Of a stretch of DNA of 32,000 bases, positions 8,804-17,993 are shown piece by piece (position 1 is the first letter of the stretch; each line of letters starts with the position of its first letter). The notes under the pieces were generated by a model, which was not told the DNA's origin, did not search any database, and saw nothing but the letters and a program-made list of their open reading frames with translations. Source of the stretch: Erysipelotrichaceae bacterium (lineage in GTDB: Bacteria; Bacillota_I; Bacilli_A; Erysipelotrichales; Erysipelotrichaceae); NCBI GenBank assembly GCA_030604855.1, contig JAUVVC010000006.1, forward strand, positions 1 to 32,000. Reading direction: 5' to 3'. Made by a program: the position numbers and the translations under genes.

Positions 8804-9648
8804 TTTCCTAAATAATTCGGATAGCTTTGGACAAACAAATCGTAGAGTGGTTTGTCATAAATGGTGAAGCCATTTTCGACAAAGTAGTACTCCAAGGTCT
8901 TATCCATGAAGGTTGTGTCCATTGAGAAGCTCTCAATGATCTCATCCTTCAACTTGTTGGTATCGGCCACCGTTACTTGAACGATGTAATTTGATGTTCC
9001 ATCTGTCAAGACGTTGGACAGACTTGGCGTTGTTTGATAGTCATAGTAATCAATCACAACCTTTGGCAAGCTGCTGGTATTGTTTACCAACTCCTCATCG
9101 CCTGGGAAGTTCGATGTGGAATAGAGGTCCGCCACTTCTGAGAAATCCTTACCGGCTTTCAGTTCCGCCAAGGCGGCTTCCGCAAGGGTCGCATCGGTGA
9201 TTTCAATCAAACGGACCATTTTAGGACGGTAACCCGCAACCAAGGCATCGAAATTCGTTGTGATGTATTCTTTAACCAAAGCTTCTTGTTGGAGGGTAGG
9301 GATGATGCCATTGTTCAGATAGTCTTTAGTATCTTTGTATCCATAATACTCAAGATACATACCCAAGCTATCACCAACGTTTTCCGTGAAACTTGCCAAC
9401 TCTTCATCGGCTTTGGCTTTGAGCTCGTCACTCAATCCGACAACCTTATTCAAAATGATTTGCGTGGCTTGTTGCTTAAGGACGCTTGCCGCATCCGTCG
9501 CCAACATCAAGCCATAGACTTGACCAGTGGTGATGTTTTTACTTCCTACTTTGATGAGCACATCATTTGGTGTTGAGATGGCAGCGGCTTGATTGCCACA
9601 ACCGACCAACAATAGACCCAATGTGATACTGACGATTAATTTTTTCAT
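8800..9648 (-). CDS. Lipoprotein, PrsA/SurA-like chaperone with a degenerate parvulin-like domain
   Basis: Signal peptide plus lipobox LLVGC-G. The central region aligns by eye to parvulin topology (LAELKAGKDFSEVADLYS) but lacks the conserved His residues (VRLIEI in place of SHILV, NYIVQV in place of GYHII). Confidence 0.65.
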   Translation of the reverse strand: MKKLIVSITLGLLLVGCGNQAAAISTPNDVLIKVGSKNITTGQVYGLMLATDAASVLKQQATQIILNKVVGLSDELKAKADEELASFTENVGDSLGMYLEYYGYKDTKDYLNNGIIPTLQQEALVKEYITTNFDALVAGYRPKMVRLIEITDATLAEAALAELKAGKDFSEVADLYSTSNFPGDEELVNNTSSLPKVVIDYYDYQTTPSLSNVLTDGTSNYIVQVTVADTNKLKDEIIESFSMDTTFMDKTLEYYFVENGFTIYDKPLYDLFVQSYPNYLGK

Positions 9649-9650
9649 GC

Positions 9651-10619
9651 TTATTCCTCGATTCCCATATACGCCAAGAGTTCAGTTTTCAAGGCTTCAT
9701 CGTTGATGACAACACCCAATTCTTCCGCCTTCGACCAAATGATCTTGGCTTCTAAAGCCGTATCACTTGCAAGCAAGGCATCGTAGAAGGCTTGTTCTTC
9801 TTTAAGACGATCGATGGCCAGGCTATCGACGCGAATCAAGTGGTAACCATATTCTGTCTTGACCCAATCGCTGACTTCACCTTCGCCTAATGCCAAAGCT
9901 GCCGCCAAGAATTCAGGGACGAAACTTGTATTCTTATCGACATAACCCAACAAACCCTTCAGGGTGTTGTTGGAGGTGTCATTGGAGTGATTGATTACCA
10001 TGTCTTCAAAGCTCATGCCCGCTGCTAAAGCAGCTTTGGCAGCTTCGAAACGTGTTGTTTCTTCAGCTGTTGGAGCATCTGGATCGGCCATGGTGACCAA
10101 GACATGACTTACGATACGCGGTGAATTGACTTCTTGGAAGCCTGGGAATAAAGTGTCCATTTGAGCATCCAAGGCACCATTCATCATCGACTGACGTTTG
10201 TAGACATATTCGAAGTAGGTTTGAAGATCTTCAAGTTTGGAATAACCCAAGGTCTTCAAAGCATCGATGAGATAGGTTTCATACTGTGTGCCATAGTATT
10301 CTTTGAAGTTGGCAACGACACCCTCCGCATCGACTTCAGCCTTGGTTGTGATGACGGCACTGTCCGCGATTGACGCTTCAACGACAGCTCTTTCGAAGAA
10401 CAAGTAAACGGCTCCCATGCCATAGCGACCGTAAAGCTCATCGTAGAATTCATCGGCACTCACATCGGTTTCAGCAATGGAGAATACGATATCTTTACCG
10501 CCAACGGTCTTACTTGGCAAATTGTCCTTATTTTTGTCATAAACGTAGAAAAGTATGGTTGATAATAATAAGACTGCGACTAAGACAATGAACCACTGTC
10601 TCTTTAATACTGCGAGCAT
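9651..10619 (-). CDS. Membrane-anchored peptidyl-prolyl isomerase, PrsA-like (parvulin domain)
   Basis: N-terminal TM helix. The parvulin motifs are intact: VSHVLV, AAGMSFEDMVINHSND, GLLGYV, VPEF, EYGYHLIRV. RBS AGGAGG lies upstream. Confidence 0.8.
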   Translation of the reverse strand: MLAVLKRQWFIVLVAVLLLSTILFYVYDKNKDNLPSKTVGGKDIVFSIAETDVSADEFYDELYGRYGMGAVYLFFERAVVEASIADSAVITTKAEVDAEGVVANFKEYYGTQYETYLIDALKTLGYSKLEDLQTYFEYVYKRQSMMNGALDAQMDTLFPGFQEVNSPRIVSHVLVTMADPDAPTAEETTRFEAAKAALAAGMSFEDMVINHSNDTSNNTLKGLLGYVDKNTSFVPEFLAAALALGEGEVSDWVKTEYGYHLIRVDSLAIDRLKEEQAFYDALLASDTALEAKIIWSKAEELGVVINDEALKTELLAYMGIEE

Positions 10620-10645
10620 TCGAAAACCTCCTGATTAACTTCTCT

Positions 10646-10674
10646 ATTATAGAAGAAGACACCCCCAAAAGCAA
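10646..10674 (-). promoter_or_regulatory. Sigma-A type promoter for the PrsA-like gene pair
   Basis: On the minus strand: TTGCTT (10674-10669), a 17-nt spacer, then TATAAT (10651-10646). This is followed by AGGAGG and the ATG at 10619. Confidence 0.65.
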
Positions 10675-10726
10675 GCTGAGTCCATGTGAGAAATTAAACA
10701 CATTTTCCAATTGATTTATGGTTTTC

Positions 10727-11005
10727 TCAGCGCAGTCCAAAATCATTGTTTTCATCCGCCACATCCAAGGTATACAGATCAAACGTTTTGTATTGATCGC
10801 GGATGAAGGGATCACTTTTGGCTATCTGCAGGGCTTCTTCTTTGGATGATGCATGGATCACGACCAAGCCACCGGGATGGTCACTGAAAGGTCCGCACAA
10901 CACGAGTTTTCCCGCTTGCTTGAGTTGTCTGAGATGGTGAACATGATTAAGAATAATGGTTTCATTCAAAGGTTTTTGATCCTGCATGAGGTATAAGTAG
11001 GTCAT
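10727..11005 (-). CDS. YciI-like family protein
   Basis: About 92 aa, MTYLYLMQD...VHHLRQLKQAGKLVLCGPF...ALQIAKSDPF, which fits the YciI fold pattern. ATG 11005 has AAGGA 5-6 nt upstream. The longer ORF-track start at 11062 lacks an RBS. Confidence 0.7.
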   Translation of the reverse strand: MTYLYLMQDQKPLNETIILNHVHHLRQLKQAGKLVLCGPFSDHPGGLVVIHASSKEEALQIAKSDPFIRDQYKTFDLYTLDVADENNDFGLR

Positions 11006-11152
11006 TGGATGTCCTTTCGCTTGTGGTGATTTCATTTTAACATGTACCCATAGGCAATACACTCAGACGTTTGTGCAGTGCATAAGCATCCATTCAAACT
11101 GTGAGCTATGTTATAATGAACACGGTAAAAAAACCATGTTAGGAGTGAGTGA

Positions 11153-11992
11153 ATGAATACACTAGAAATACAGAATCTGCATGTGTCCATCGATGGCAAA
11201 CCCATCCTTAAAGGGGTGGATTTGATCGTACGTGAAAACGAAGTGCATGCCCTGATGGGACCCAATGGGAATGGTAAATCCACGCTCTTGGCTGCGATCA
11301 TGGGACATCCTAAATATGAAGTGACAGAAGGTCGCGTCCTGCTTAATGGAGAAGATGTTTTGGCTATGGAAGTCAATGAACGTGCCAAAGCCGGCTTGTT
11401 TCTGGGTATGCAATATCCACAGGAAATCAATGGGGTCACCATCTCTGACTTCATGAAAGCAGCGTTGAATACACGCAGTGAAAAACCGATTCCTTTGTTT
11501 ACGTTCATCCGTACTTTGGATAAAGCGATCCAAAAGGTTGAAATGAAATCTGAAATCGCGCATCGTTATGTCAACGAAGGTTTTTCGGGTGGTGAAAAGA
11601 AACGGAATGAAATCATTCAAATGATGCTTCTGAAACCTAAGATTGCGATGTTGGATGAAATCGACAGTGGATTGGACGTCGACGCGATCAAAGTGGTCGC
11701 CAAAGTCTTGAATGAGCAAATCGAAGAAAGCAAGATGGGAACCCTCATCGTTTCGCACTACGATCGTTTCTATCAATTGGTCCAACCGACCCATGCGCAT
11801 GTCTTGATCGATGGTAAGATCGTGGTCAGTGGTGATCGTGATCTCGTCACGAAAGTCGATGAACAAGGGTACGACTGGTTGAAAGAATTGGGTATTGAAA
11901 TCATTGAGGAAGAAAAAGAACGTGTTGTCCGCAATGCGATTGGCAGTATCGGAATCTGTGCTGTCAAGGAGCTGAGTGATGTCGCTGAATAA
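11153..11992 (+). CDS. sufC: Fe-S cluster assembly ATPase SufC
   Basis: Walker A GPNGNGKST, ABC signature FSGGEKKRNE and Walker B MLDEIDSGLD. RBS AGGAG lies upstream, and an extended -10 TGTTATAAT lies at about 11108-11116. Confidence 0.93.
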   Translation: MNTLEIQNLHVSIDGKPILKGVDLIVRENEVHALMGPNGNGKSTLLAAIMGHPKYEVTEGRVLLNGEDVLAMEVNERAKAGLFLGMQYPQEINGVTISDFMKAALNTRSEKPIPLFTFIRTLDKAIQKVEMKSEIAHRYVNEGFSGGEKKRNEIIQMMLLKPKIAMLDEIDSGLDVDAIKVVAKVLNEQIEESKMGTLIVSHYDRFYQLVQPTHAHVLIDGKIVVSGDRDLVTKVDEQGYDWLKELGIEIIEEEKERVVRNAIGSIGICAVKELSDVAE

Positions 11993-12776
11993 GTTTGAAG
12001 TTCAAGATGGGTTTCAAGAAATCACCTTTGATCTTTTGAAGTCCAATGCCTTTGAACTTGTCATCAAAGCCAACACTCAAGCGGATGTCTTGGTTCATTT
12101 GAATGGTGAAGGAGAAGCCTCCATTGATGTGTCACTTTTGAAGGATGCACAATTGAATCTCTTCTACCTCAACACATCGACCGCATCGAAACTTGTCGAG
12201 AACTATCATCTGTCACGAGACAGTCGTTTGGATCTGGCTTATGGTGATTTCAACGATGGACAATGTGAACGGACCACCGATGTTTTTTTGAAAGAACAAG
12301 GTTCACAAATCTATTTGAAGAGCGCAAGCTTGGTCAAGAACGATCGACGTTTGATTTATCGTTTCAATCACCAAGCACAACACACTTTTGGGGATATGGA
12401 AAACTTCGTGGTGACTTTGGAAAAGGGAACCTTGAGTCTTCATGCCGTGGGACGTATCGAAAAGAATGCGGCCAACAGTGAGACCCATCAGACCACGCGT
12501 GTTTTGAACTTCAATGCGACGGAACGTGCGTCTGTTTTCCCGCAACTTTTCATCGACAACAACGATGTGAAAGCCTCTCATGCGGAAAGCAGTGGTCAGG
12601 TCGATCCGGAACAACTCTATTATTTAAAATCCAGAGGTTTGTCAGGGGATGAAGCCATCAGCTTGATCGTCAAAGGTTATCTCTCTTCGATTCTTGAGAA
12701 TATTAAAAACGAAGCGATTCGTGAATCCTTATTAAGCTCGATTGAGCGAAAGGTTGATGAGGTATGTTCGAGGTAG
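11979..12776 (+). CDS. sufD: Fe-S assembly protein SufD (short form)
   Basis: The conserved SufB/D C-terminal beta-helix region is present (RASVFPQLFIDNNDVKASHAESSGQVDPEQLYYLKSRGL). At about 265 aa it is much shorter than the canonical SufD of about 430 aa. AAGGAG sits 7 nt before ATG 11979. The gene overlaps the sufC end. Confidence 0.8.
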   Translation: MSLNKFEVQDGFQEITFDLLKSNAFELVIKANTQADVLVHLNGEGEASIDVSLLKDAQLNLFYLNTSTASKLVENYHLSRDSRLDLAYGDFNDGQCERTTDVFLKEQGSQIYLKSASLVKNDRRLIYRFNHQAQHTFGDMENFVVTLEKGTLSLHAVGRIEKNAANSETHQTTRVLNFNATERASVFPQLFIDNNDVKASHAESSGQVDPEQLYYLKSRGLSGDEAISLIVKGYLSSILENIKNEAIRESLLSSIERKVDEVCSR

Positions 12777-13996
12777 GCAAAATACGTCAAGATTTCCCCT
12801 TTCTAATGAAAGCTGAGCAGGCTGACCCGCAGCTTGTTTATCTTGACAATGCCGCTACGACCTTGAAACCTCAATCGGTGATTGATGCCGTTGTGCGTTA
12901 TTACACCGAAAGCTCTGTGAACATTCATAGAGGGGATTATGCCTTATCGTATGAAGTCTCCAATGCGTATGAAGGGGTTCGTAAAACGGTGGCGAAGTTC
13001 ATCCAGTGCGAGCCCAATGAAGTCGTCTTTACCTCGGGTGCCAGTGCGGCTTTGAATCTGGTCGCTTATGGCTATGCGGAAAAAGTCTTGAAACAAGAGG
13101 ATGTCATCTTGATGAGTGAGGCGGAACACGCTTCCAATGTTTTGCCTTGGTTCAGGGTTGCGGAAAAGACAGGTGCTAAGATTGAATATCTTCCTTTGGA
13201 TGAAGAAGGTGTCTTGACCCTTGAGGGATTCAAAGAAGCGCTTCATGACAAAGTCAAGATCGTAACGCTTGCGCATATCTCCAATGTTTTGGGAGCGGTT
13301 GTGCCGATTAAGGAAATCACTGCTTTGACGCATCAAAAGGGTGCGATCATCGTGGTGGATGGGGCTCAATCCGTACCACATACAAAAACTTTTGTTAAGG
13401 ATTGGGATGTGGATTTCCTGGCTTTTGCGGGACACAAGATGTTGAGTCCAACTGGGGTTGGGGTTTTATATGGAAAGTTCGAACTTTTACAACAGATGGA
13501 TCCCTTTCTACTCGGGGGAGGTTCCAATGCACGTTTTGACAAGAACGGACATGTCGTCTTGAAGAATCCACCCTTTAAATTTGAAGCAGGTACACCTGCG
13601 ATCGAAGGGGTCTTGGGATTGGATGCGGCCATCTGCTACATCGAAGCCCTTGGTTTTGAAGCCATTGAGCAACATGAACTTGAGTTGAAACACTATACGG
13701 TAGAGAAATTGAAGCAGTTCAAACACATCAAACTCTACAATGAGAAATCACAATCCGGCATCATCGCTTTCAATGTGATCGGTATTCCGACGCAGGATGT
13801 GGCGGCTTACTTGAGTTCATTGGGTGTCATGGTTCGTGCGGGCAATCATTGTGCGAAACTCTTGAGTGAGATCATTCACACTCAAGAAACCGTTCGAGCA
13901 AGCATCAACTTTTACAACACAAAGGCTGAAATGGATATCTTCATTGATGCATTGAAGGATATTACTTTAGAGAAGTGTATCGATTTAATCTTTTAG
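12764..13996 (+). CDS. sufS: Cysteine desulfurase SufS (class V aminotransferase)
   Basis: IRQDFPFL, YLDNAATTLKP, the PLP lysine context FAGHKMLSPTGVGVLYG and the active-site RAGNHCA. The gene overlaps sufD by 13 nt. Confidence 0.93.
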   Translation: MFEVGKIRQDFPFLMKAEQADPQLVYLDNAATTLKPQSVIDAVVRYYTESSVNIHRGDYALSYEVSNAYEGVRKTVAKFIQCEPNEVVFTSGASAALNLVAYGYAEKVLKQEDVILMSEAEHASNVLPWFRVAEKTGAKIEYLPLDEEGVLTLEGFKEALHDKVKIVTLAHISNVLGAVVPIKEITALTHQKGAIIVVDGAQSVPHTKTFVKDWDVDFLAFAGHKMLSPTGVGVLYGKFELLQQMDPFLLGGGSNARFDKNGHVVLKNPPFKFEAGTPAIEGVLGLDAAICYIEALGFEAIEQHELELKHYTVEKLKQFKHIKLYNEKSQSGIIAFNVIGIPTQDVAAYLSSLGVMVRAGNHCAKLLSEIIHTQETVRASINFYNTKAEMDIFIDALKDITLEKCIDLIF

Positions 13997-14005
13997 GAGG
14001 ACACG

Positions 14006-14452
14006 ATGTCAGATCTACTCAAGGATCCATTGATTCTAAGACAAATCATCATGGATCATTATGAATACCCACGCAATCATCACCTGGTAGAAGACGAGAC
14101 CTATCATAAAGCACACATGGCATCGGAATCGTGCATCGATGATATCACCGTCATGGCCAAGATTGAAAACAATGTCATTCAAGATGTCTGTTTTGATGGC
14201 ATCGCGTGTACGATCTCAACCGCATCGACCTCGATCATGAGTGAACTTCTGATCGGGAAGACCCTTGAAGAAGCCACGGAGATCATTTCAGAATATTACA
14301 AGATGGTTGAACTCTTACCCTATGATGAAGAAATGCTTCAAGAAGCGGTTGCTTTTCATCAAGTCGGTAAGCAGGCCAACCGGATCAAATGTGCGACCAT
14401 TGGTTTCAAAGCCATTGAGACGTGCATAAAGGAGCACAAACATGACCAATAA
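14006..14452 (+). CDS. sufU: Sulfur transfer / scaffold protein SufU (IscU-like)
   Basis: 148 aa with YEYPRNH, the ligand contexts C..D and GIACTIS, and the C-terminal RIKCATIG. Confidence 0.9.
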   Translation: MSDLLKDPLILRQIIMDHYEYPRNHHLVEDETYHKAHMASESCIDDITVMAKIENNVIQDVCFDGIACTISTASTSIMSELLIGKTLEEATEIISEYYKMVELLPYDEEMLQEAVAFHQVGKQANRIKCATIGFKAIETCIKEHKHDQ

Positions 14453-15851
14453 ACAATACGATCAACTTCCGGCATCGGAATATCAATATGGGTTCCATGA
14501 TGAAGATGTCAGTCTTTATCGGACACGTAAGGGTATCAATCGTGAAGTTGTCGAAGAAATATCACGAATCAAAGGGGAACCAGATTGGTTGTTGGATTTC
14601 CGTTTGAAATCACTGGAGATCTTTTTGAAGAAACCCATGCCGACTTGGGGAGCGGATCTATCCGAGTTGAACTTTGATGAATACACCTATTACATCAAAC
14701 CTTCCGAGCGCATGATGAACGATTGGGCCGATGTGCCGGATACGATCAAAGAAACCTTCAATCGTCTCGGGATTCCGGAAGCGGAACGTAAGTTCCTTTC
14801 AGGAGTTGCGACGCAATATGAATCTGAGATGGTGTATCACAACATGTTGGAAGAAGTGGAGTCCAAGGGTGTCATCTTCACCGATCCCGATACGGCTTTC
14901 AAGAAATACGAACACATCTTCAGACCTTTCTTTGGAACCATCGTGCCTTATTCTGATAACAAGTTCGCCGCATTGAATTCTGCGGTGTTCTCAGGAGGTT
15001 CCTTCATCTATATTCCAAAAGGTGTGAAGTTGGAAAAGCCTTTACAGTCCTACTTTAGAATCAATACCGAACAAATGGGACAATTCGAGCGGACCTTGAT
15101 CATCGTGGATGCAGGTGCGGATGTCCATTATGTGGAAGGCTGTACAGCCCCAACCTATAGTAAAGACAGTTTGCATGCGGCGGTGGTCGAAATCTATGTC
15201 CACCCGAAAGCGAAGTGTCGATATACGACCATTCAGAACTGGTCGATGAATGTCTTGAACCTAGTCACAAAACGTGCGAAAGTCATGGATCATGGCGTCA
15301 TGGAGTGGATCGATGGCAACATTGGTGCGCATGTGACGATGAAATATCCAGCCTGCATCTTAGCGGGTGAATATGCACGTGGTATGACGATCTCCATCGC
15401 GGTCTCATCACACATCAATCAAGTCCAAGACGCAGGGGCGAAAATGGTGCACTTGGCACCGTATACCTCCTCAAACATCATCTCGAAATCGGTGGCACGC
15501 AACGGGGGTGAAGTCAATTACCGTGGTTTGGTCCAACACAGTGCCAAAGCGACCAATGCACGTTCCAAAATTGAATGTGATACCTTGCTTATGGATGGCA
15601 ACAGCCGTTCCGATACCTTACCAACGAACATCTCTTATAACCCACACAGTACGATTGAACATGAAGCAACAGTCTCACGTGTTTCGGAAGACCAGCTCTT
15701 CTATCTCATGAGTCGTGGTTTGAATAAGAGTCAAGCATTGGAAACCATCGTCATGGGCTTCTTGGAGCCTTTCACGCGGGAGTTGCCAATGGAATATGCA
15801 GTTGAATTGAATCAGCTTATGAAGTTGGATATGGAAGGTTCGGTTGGTTAG
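14442..15851 (+). CDS. sufB: Fe-S cluster assembly scaffold SufB
   Basis: 469 aa with [25 protein letters not shown]-like motifs and [12 protein letters not shown]. The gene overlaps sufU by 11 nt. Confidence 0.93.
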   Translation: MTNKQYDQLPASEYQYGFHDEDVSLYRTRKGINREVVEEISRIKGEPDWLLDFRLKSLEIFLKKPMPTWGADLSELNFDEYTYYIKPSERMMNDWADVPDTIKETFNRLGIPEAERKFLSGVATQYESEMVYHNMLEEVESKGVIFTDPDTAFKKYEHIFRPFFGTIVPYSDNKFAALNSAVFSGGSFIYIPKGVKLEKPLQSYFRINTEQMGQFERTLIIVDAGADVHYVEGCTAPTYSKDSLHAAVVEIYVHPKAKCRYTTIQNWSMNVLNLVTKRAKVMDHGVMEWIDGNIGAHVTMKYPACILAGEYARGMTISIAVSSHINQVQDAGAKMVHLAPYTSSNIISKSVARNGGEVNYRGLVQHSAKATNARSKIECDTLLMDGNSRSDTLPTNISYNPHSTIEHEATVSRVSEDQLFYLMSRGLNKSQALETIVMGFLEPFTRELPMEYAVELNQLMKLDMEGSVG

Positions 15852-16381
15852 TGGATAAGTCGAGCTTACGCATCAAACATCTCAATCTTCGAAAATCACT
15901 CAGTGCTGAGGACCATCAAGGGTTTTCAGCACTTATTTTTAAGCAGCTGATAAAGGATATCGAGCTTTATGATCACATTGGTATCTACATCTCCATGGCT
16001 CATGAAGTGGATACCCGTTCAATCATGGAGTGGTGTTTTAGAAACCACAAGAAGGTGTATGTCCCCAAAATACTGAAATCGGGGATGATCTTTGTGCATA
16101 TCCAGGATCTAAGTGAGTGCAAAATGAACCATATAGGAATCCTGGAGCCGATTTCCAATGAAGCTTCGGAAGGCATCGAATTGATGATCGTCCCCTTGTT
16201 GGCGTTCAATGCGAGAAGACATCGTCTGGGTTATGGAAAAGCCTATTATGATCGTTATTTGCGTGCACATGATTGTATGAAAGTGGGAATCTGTTATGAT
16301 GCCAACTTTGAACCAGAATTAATTGAATCGGATACCGATATCAAATTGGACAAAATCATCACAGAAAAAGGCATGATTTAA
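15851..16381 (+). CDS. 5-formyltetrahydrofolate cyclo-ligase (MTHFS family)
   Basis: 176 aa with LRKSLSAED, YISMAHEVDT and the C-terminal GYGKAYYDRYL motif. The GTG start shares its G with the sufB TAG stop. Confidence 0.8.
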   Translation: MDKSSLRIKHLNLRKSLSAEDHQGFSALIFKQLIKDIELYDHIGIYISMAHEVDTRSIMEWCFRNHKKVYVPKILKSGMIFVHIQDLSECKMNHIGILEPISNEASEGIELMIVPLLAFNARRHRLGYGKAYYDRYLRAHDCMKVGICYDANFEPELIESDTDIKLDKIITEKGMI

Positions 16382-16416
16382 GCTATAATTAAGGTATAGA
16401 TGGCGGAGAAAATGAA

Positions 16417-17577
16417 ATGTTGAAGAAAAAAGGCTTAATGTTACAACTGATGTTTGTTTTTTTTGTGTTATTTATTGGATTTTACATACCGATGACACAA
16501 CGTATTCCATTTCTGAAAAGCATTGGTTATTCGTATGAACGCATGAATGTCATCTTTTCCATTCAAGCGGCTCTGGCTTTTGTATATCAATTGGTGTTTG
16601 GCTATCTCTGTGATAAATATCGAACCATCAAAAAGTTTTTCATCGGTGCTTTGATCGTTGGATCCATCGGGACCTATCTGATGTTTACAGCGACACAGGA
16701 AGCGTTCTTTTTTCATATCCTTACAATGGCACTTATGGGGAGCTTCATCAACTTAAGTGTTGGTTTATTGGATTCATGGGCTTTGGAAATCGATCCGGAG
16801 ATTCAACGCAACTACGGTGCGGTACGAGCCATGGGAACCTTAGGCTGGATCGTGGGTGGATTTGTGGTCACCTTCGTCTTAAATTATTTTGGAGTGGGGA
16901 CACTCCCATTGGCGTATCTGATCTTTACTGTTATTGTTCTAGTTTTGACACTCAACTTAAAAGATGCGGTTAAGGAACATCGTTCGACACCGCTTCGTGT
17001 TCAAGACATGCGGCAATTGCTTTTCTCCAAACGTTATATGATCATTGTTTTCATTTTGTTGTTTGCGATGATGGTGGCGAACAGTGATGGTTTGATTGTC
17101 GTCATGAAGATGGAAGAGCTGAGTGCGACCGCATTCCAGAAGAATTTCCGTTTCTCATCACAGGCTTTGGTTGAGCTTCCCTTGTTATTTTTAGGAGCTA
17201 AACTCTTGGATCGTTTCAATCCGGTTAAATTGCTGGGCTTTGCGGTTGTCATGTATGCAGTGCGATTCATTGGGTATGCTTTTGCACCGACTGCCAATTG
17301 GATGATTGTTGCGGCGCTCATGCAAGCCCTGACGTTTCCTATCTTGATGGTCGCAAGTAAGCAACTTATTTTTAGAGAGTCCCCATCGCATTTGCGATCA
17401 TCTGGACAGTTGTTTGCTTTGGCCATATACAACGGGCTTGGCACAACGATGATTCCATTGATCACCAATGCTCTAATTCGTATCGGTGGAATCAATTTCA
17501 CGCTCTTTGCTTTGGCATCGATGATGCTTATTCCCTTTGTCTTGGTTCTCTATTTCTTGAAAATTGAAAAAGTATAG
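16417..17577 (+). CDS. MFS transporter (12-TM type), substrate unknown
   Basis: 386 aa, hydrophobic throughout with about 12 predicted helices, and an MFS-like loop motif (LCDKYRTIKK). A TATAAT at 16384-16389 and GGAG lie upstream. Confidence 0.75.
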   Translation: MLKKKGLMLQLMFVFFVLFIGFYIPMTQRIPFLKSIGYSYERMNVIFSIQAALAFVYQLVFGYLCDKYRTIKKFFIGALIVGSIGTYLMFTATQEAFFFHILTMALMGSFINLSVGLLDSWALEIDPEIQRNYGAVRAMGTLGWIVGGFVVTFVLNYFGVGTLPLAYLIFTVIVLVLTLNLKDAVKEHRSTPLRVQDMRQLLFSKRYMIIVFILLFAMMVANSDGLIVVMKMEELSATAFQKNFRFSSQALVELPLLFLGAKLLDRFNPVKLLGFAVVMYAVRFIGYAFAPTANWMIVAALMQALTFPILMVASKQLIFRESPSHLRSSGQLFALAIYNGLGTTMIPLITNALIRIGGINFTLFALASMMLIPFVLVLYFLKIEKV

Positions 17578-17659
17578 ATTCACATATTTTCACATTGAAC
17601 GGACAAACTCTTTACACATTAGAGCAGTATATTGAGAGTGTAAGATAACTATCTTACCT

Positions 17660-17765
17660 GTACGATCTCTTTCATAATAACCCCCTTTAAAATAACGTAC
17701 AGATTCCTTTCCCCTTTTAAGTAATAAGTTAGAGAAAAAAGACGGCGCCAAACGTCTTTTTTCTT
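17660..17765 (+). ncRNA. Candidate C-rich RNA module A (3' UTR-derived or read-through from the MFS gene)
   Basis: The stem GUACG (17660-64) / CGUAC (17696-700) encloses a loop with CCCCCUUU (17681-88). A single-stranded UUUCCCCUUUU follows (17708-18), then a terminator. No convincing promoter was found. Confidence 0.25.
17733..17765. terminator. Bidirectional intrinsic terminator
   Basis: AAAAAAGACG (to 17744) pairs with CGTCTTTTTT (17753-17762), giving a GACG/CGTC core extended by an A-tract/T-tract, with an 8-nt loop. Confidence 0.7.
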
Positions 17766-17798
17766 GTCTTTTTAACTTTTTAATCAATACATTACAAA

Positions 17799-17819
17799 TT
17801 GTGATGAAATTCATCACAA
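17799..17819. promoter_or_regulatory. Perfect 21-bp palindrome, candidate operator of unknown regulator
   Basis: TTGTGATGAA-A-TTCATCACAA. Its centre is at 17809, about 61 nt upstream of the predicted TSS and 15 nt upstream of the -35. Confidence 0.45.
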
Positions 17820-17834
17820 ATGAGGGTGTTTTTA

Positions 17835-17863
17835 TTGACAACTTTGTATGAAATTTGTAAGAT
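17835..17863 (+). promoter_or_regulatory. Strong sigma-A type promoter
   Basis: Consensus TTGACA (17835-40), a 17-nt spacer, then TAAGAT (17858-63). The predicted TSS is near 17870. Confidence 0.65.
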
Positions 17864-17869
17864 ATAGAT

Positions 17870-17993
17870 GGGTTCAGAACCCGAATGTTTGATTCCCTGG
17901 ACCATTCACTTCCCCCACCCATACGAATGGCCAGTAATCCCCCGATTATGAATCAAGCAAACAAAAGAGGACGTCTAAGGACGTCTTTTCTTT
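17870..17993 (+). ncRNA. Candidate C-rich sRNA module B, or a cis-acting leader/attenuator of the Nudix gene
   Basis: An interrupted 14-bp hairpin (17891-17907 / 17925-17939) carries the 17-nt loop ACUUCCCCCACCCAUAC. A single-stranded AAUCCCCCGA follows, then a terminator GACGUC-UAAG-GACGUC (17970-17985, extendable to 17966-17989) with the U tract UUUUCUUU. This ends 10 nt before the Nudix ATG. Confidence 0.4.

Noticed and set aside
17649-17675. Minus-strand 8-codon mini-ORF (MKEIVQVR) with a strong GGGGG SD 5 nt upstream
   Set aside because: There is no downstream gene on the minus strand to regulate, because it runs antisense into the 3' end of the MFS gene. No promoter was found either. 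The SD is the complement of the plus-strand CCCCC motif.
17590-17922. 110-aa minus-strand ORF filling the MFS-Nudix intergenic region
   Set aside because: The translation is low-complexity and not protein-like. The ORF runs straight through a bidirectional terminator, a perfect palindrome and a consensus plus-strand promoter. It has no partner gene on that strand. Its G-rich SD-like strings are simply the complements of the plus-strand C-tracts.
17868-17951. 27-codon plus-strand sORF (MGSEPECLIPWTIHFPHPYEWPVIPRL) inside candidate RNA module B
   Set aside because: There is no Shine-Dalgarno, and the ATG coincides with the predicted TSS rather than following it. The region is better explained by RNA structure. 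I cannot exclude a leaderless micropeptide, so I note it only as an alternative.
17870-17960. Possible ykkC-subtype (nucleotide-sensing, Nudix-associated) or other known riboswitch
   Set aside because: Only superficial resemblance (GGGUUC and CUGGNCC) to the 5' part of the ykkC consensus. The conserved 3' ACACGG-GGGA-AAAGCCCGGGAGA segment is absent. No match to the preQ1, ZTP, THF, fluoride, PRPP or guanidine consensus sequences as I remember them.
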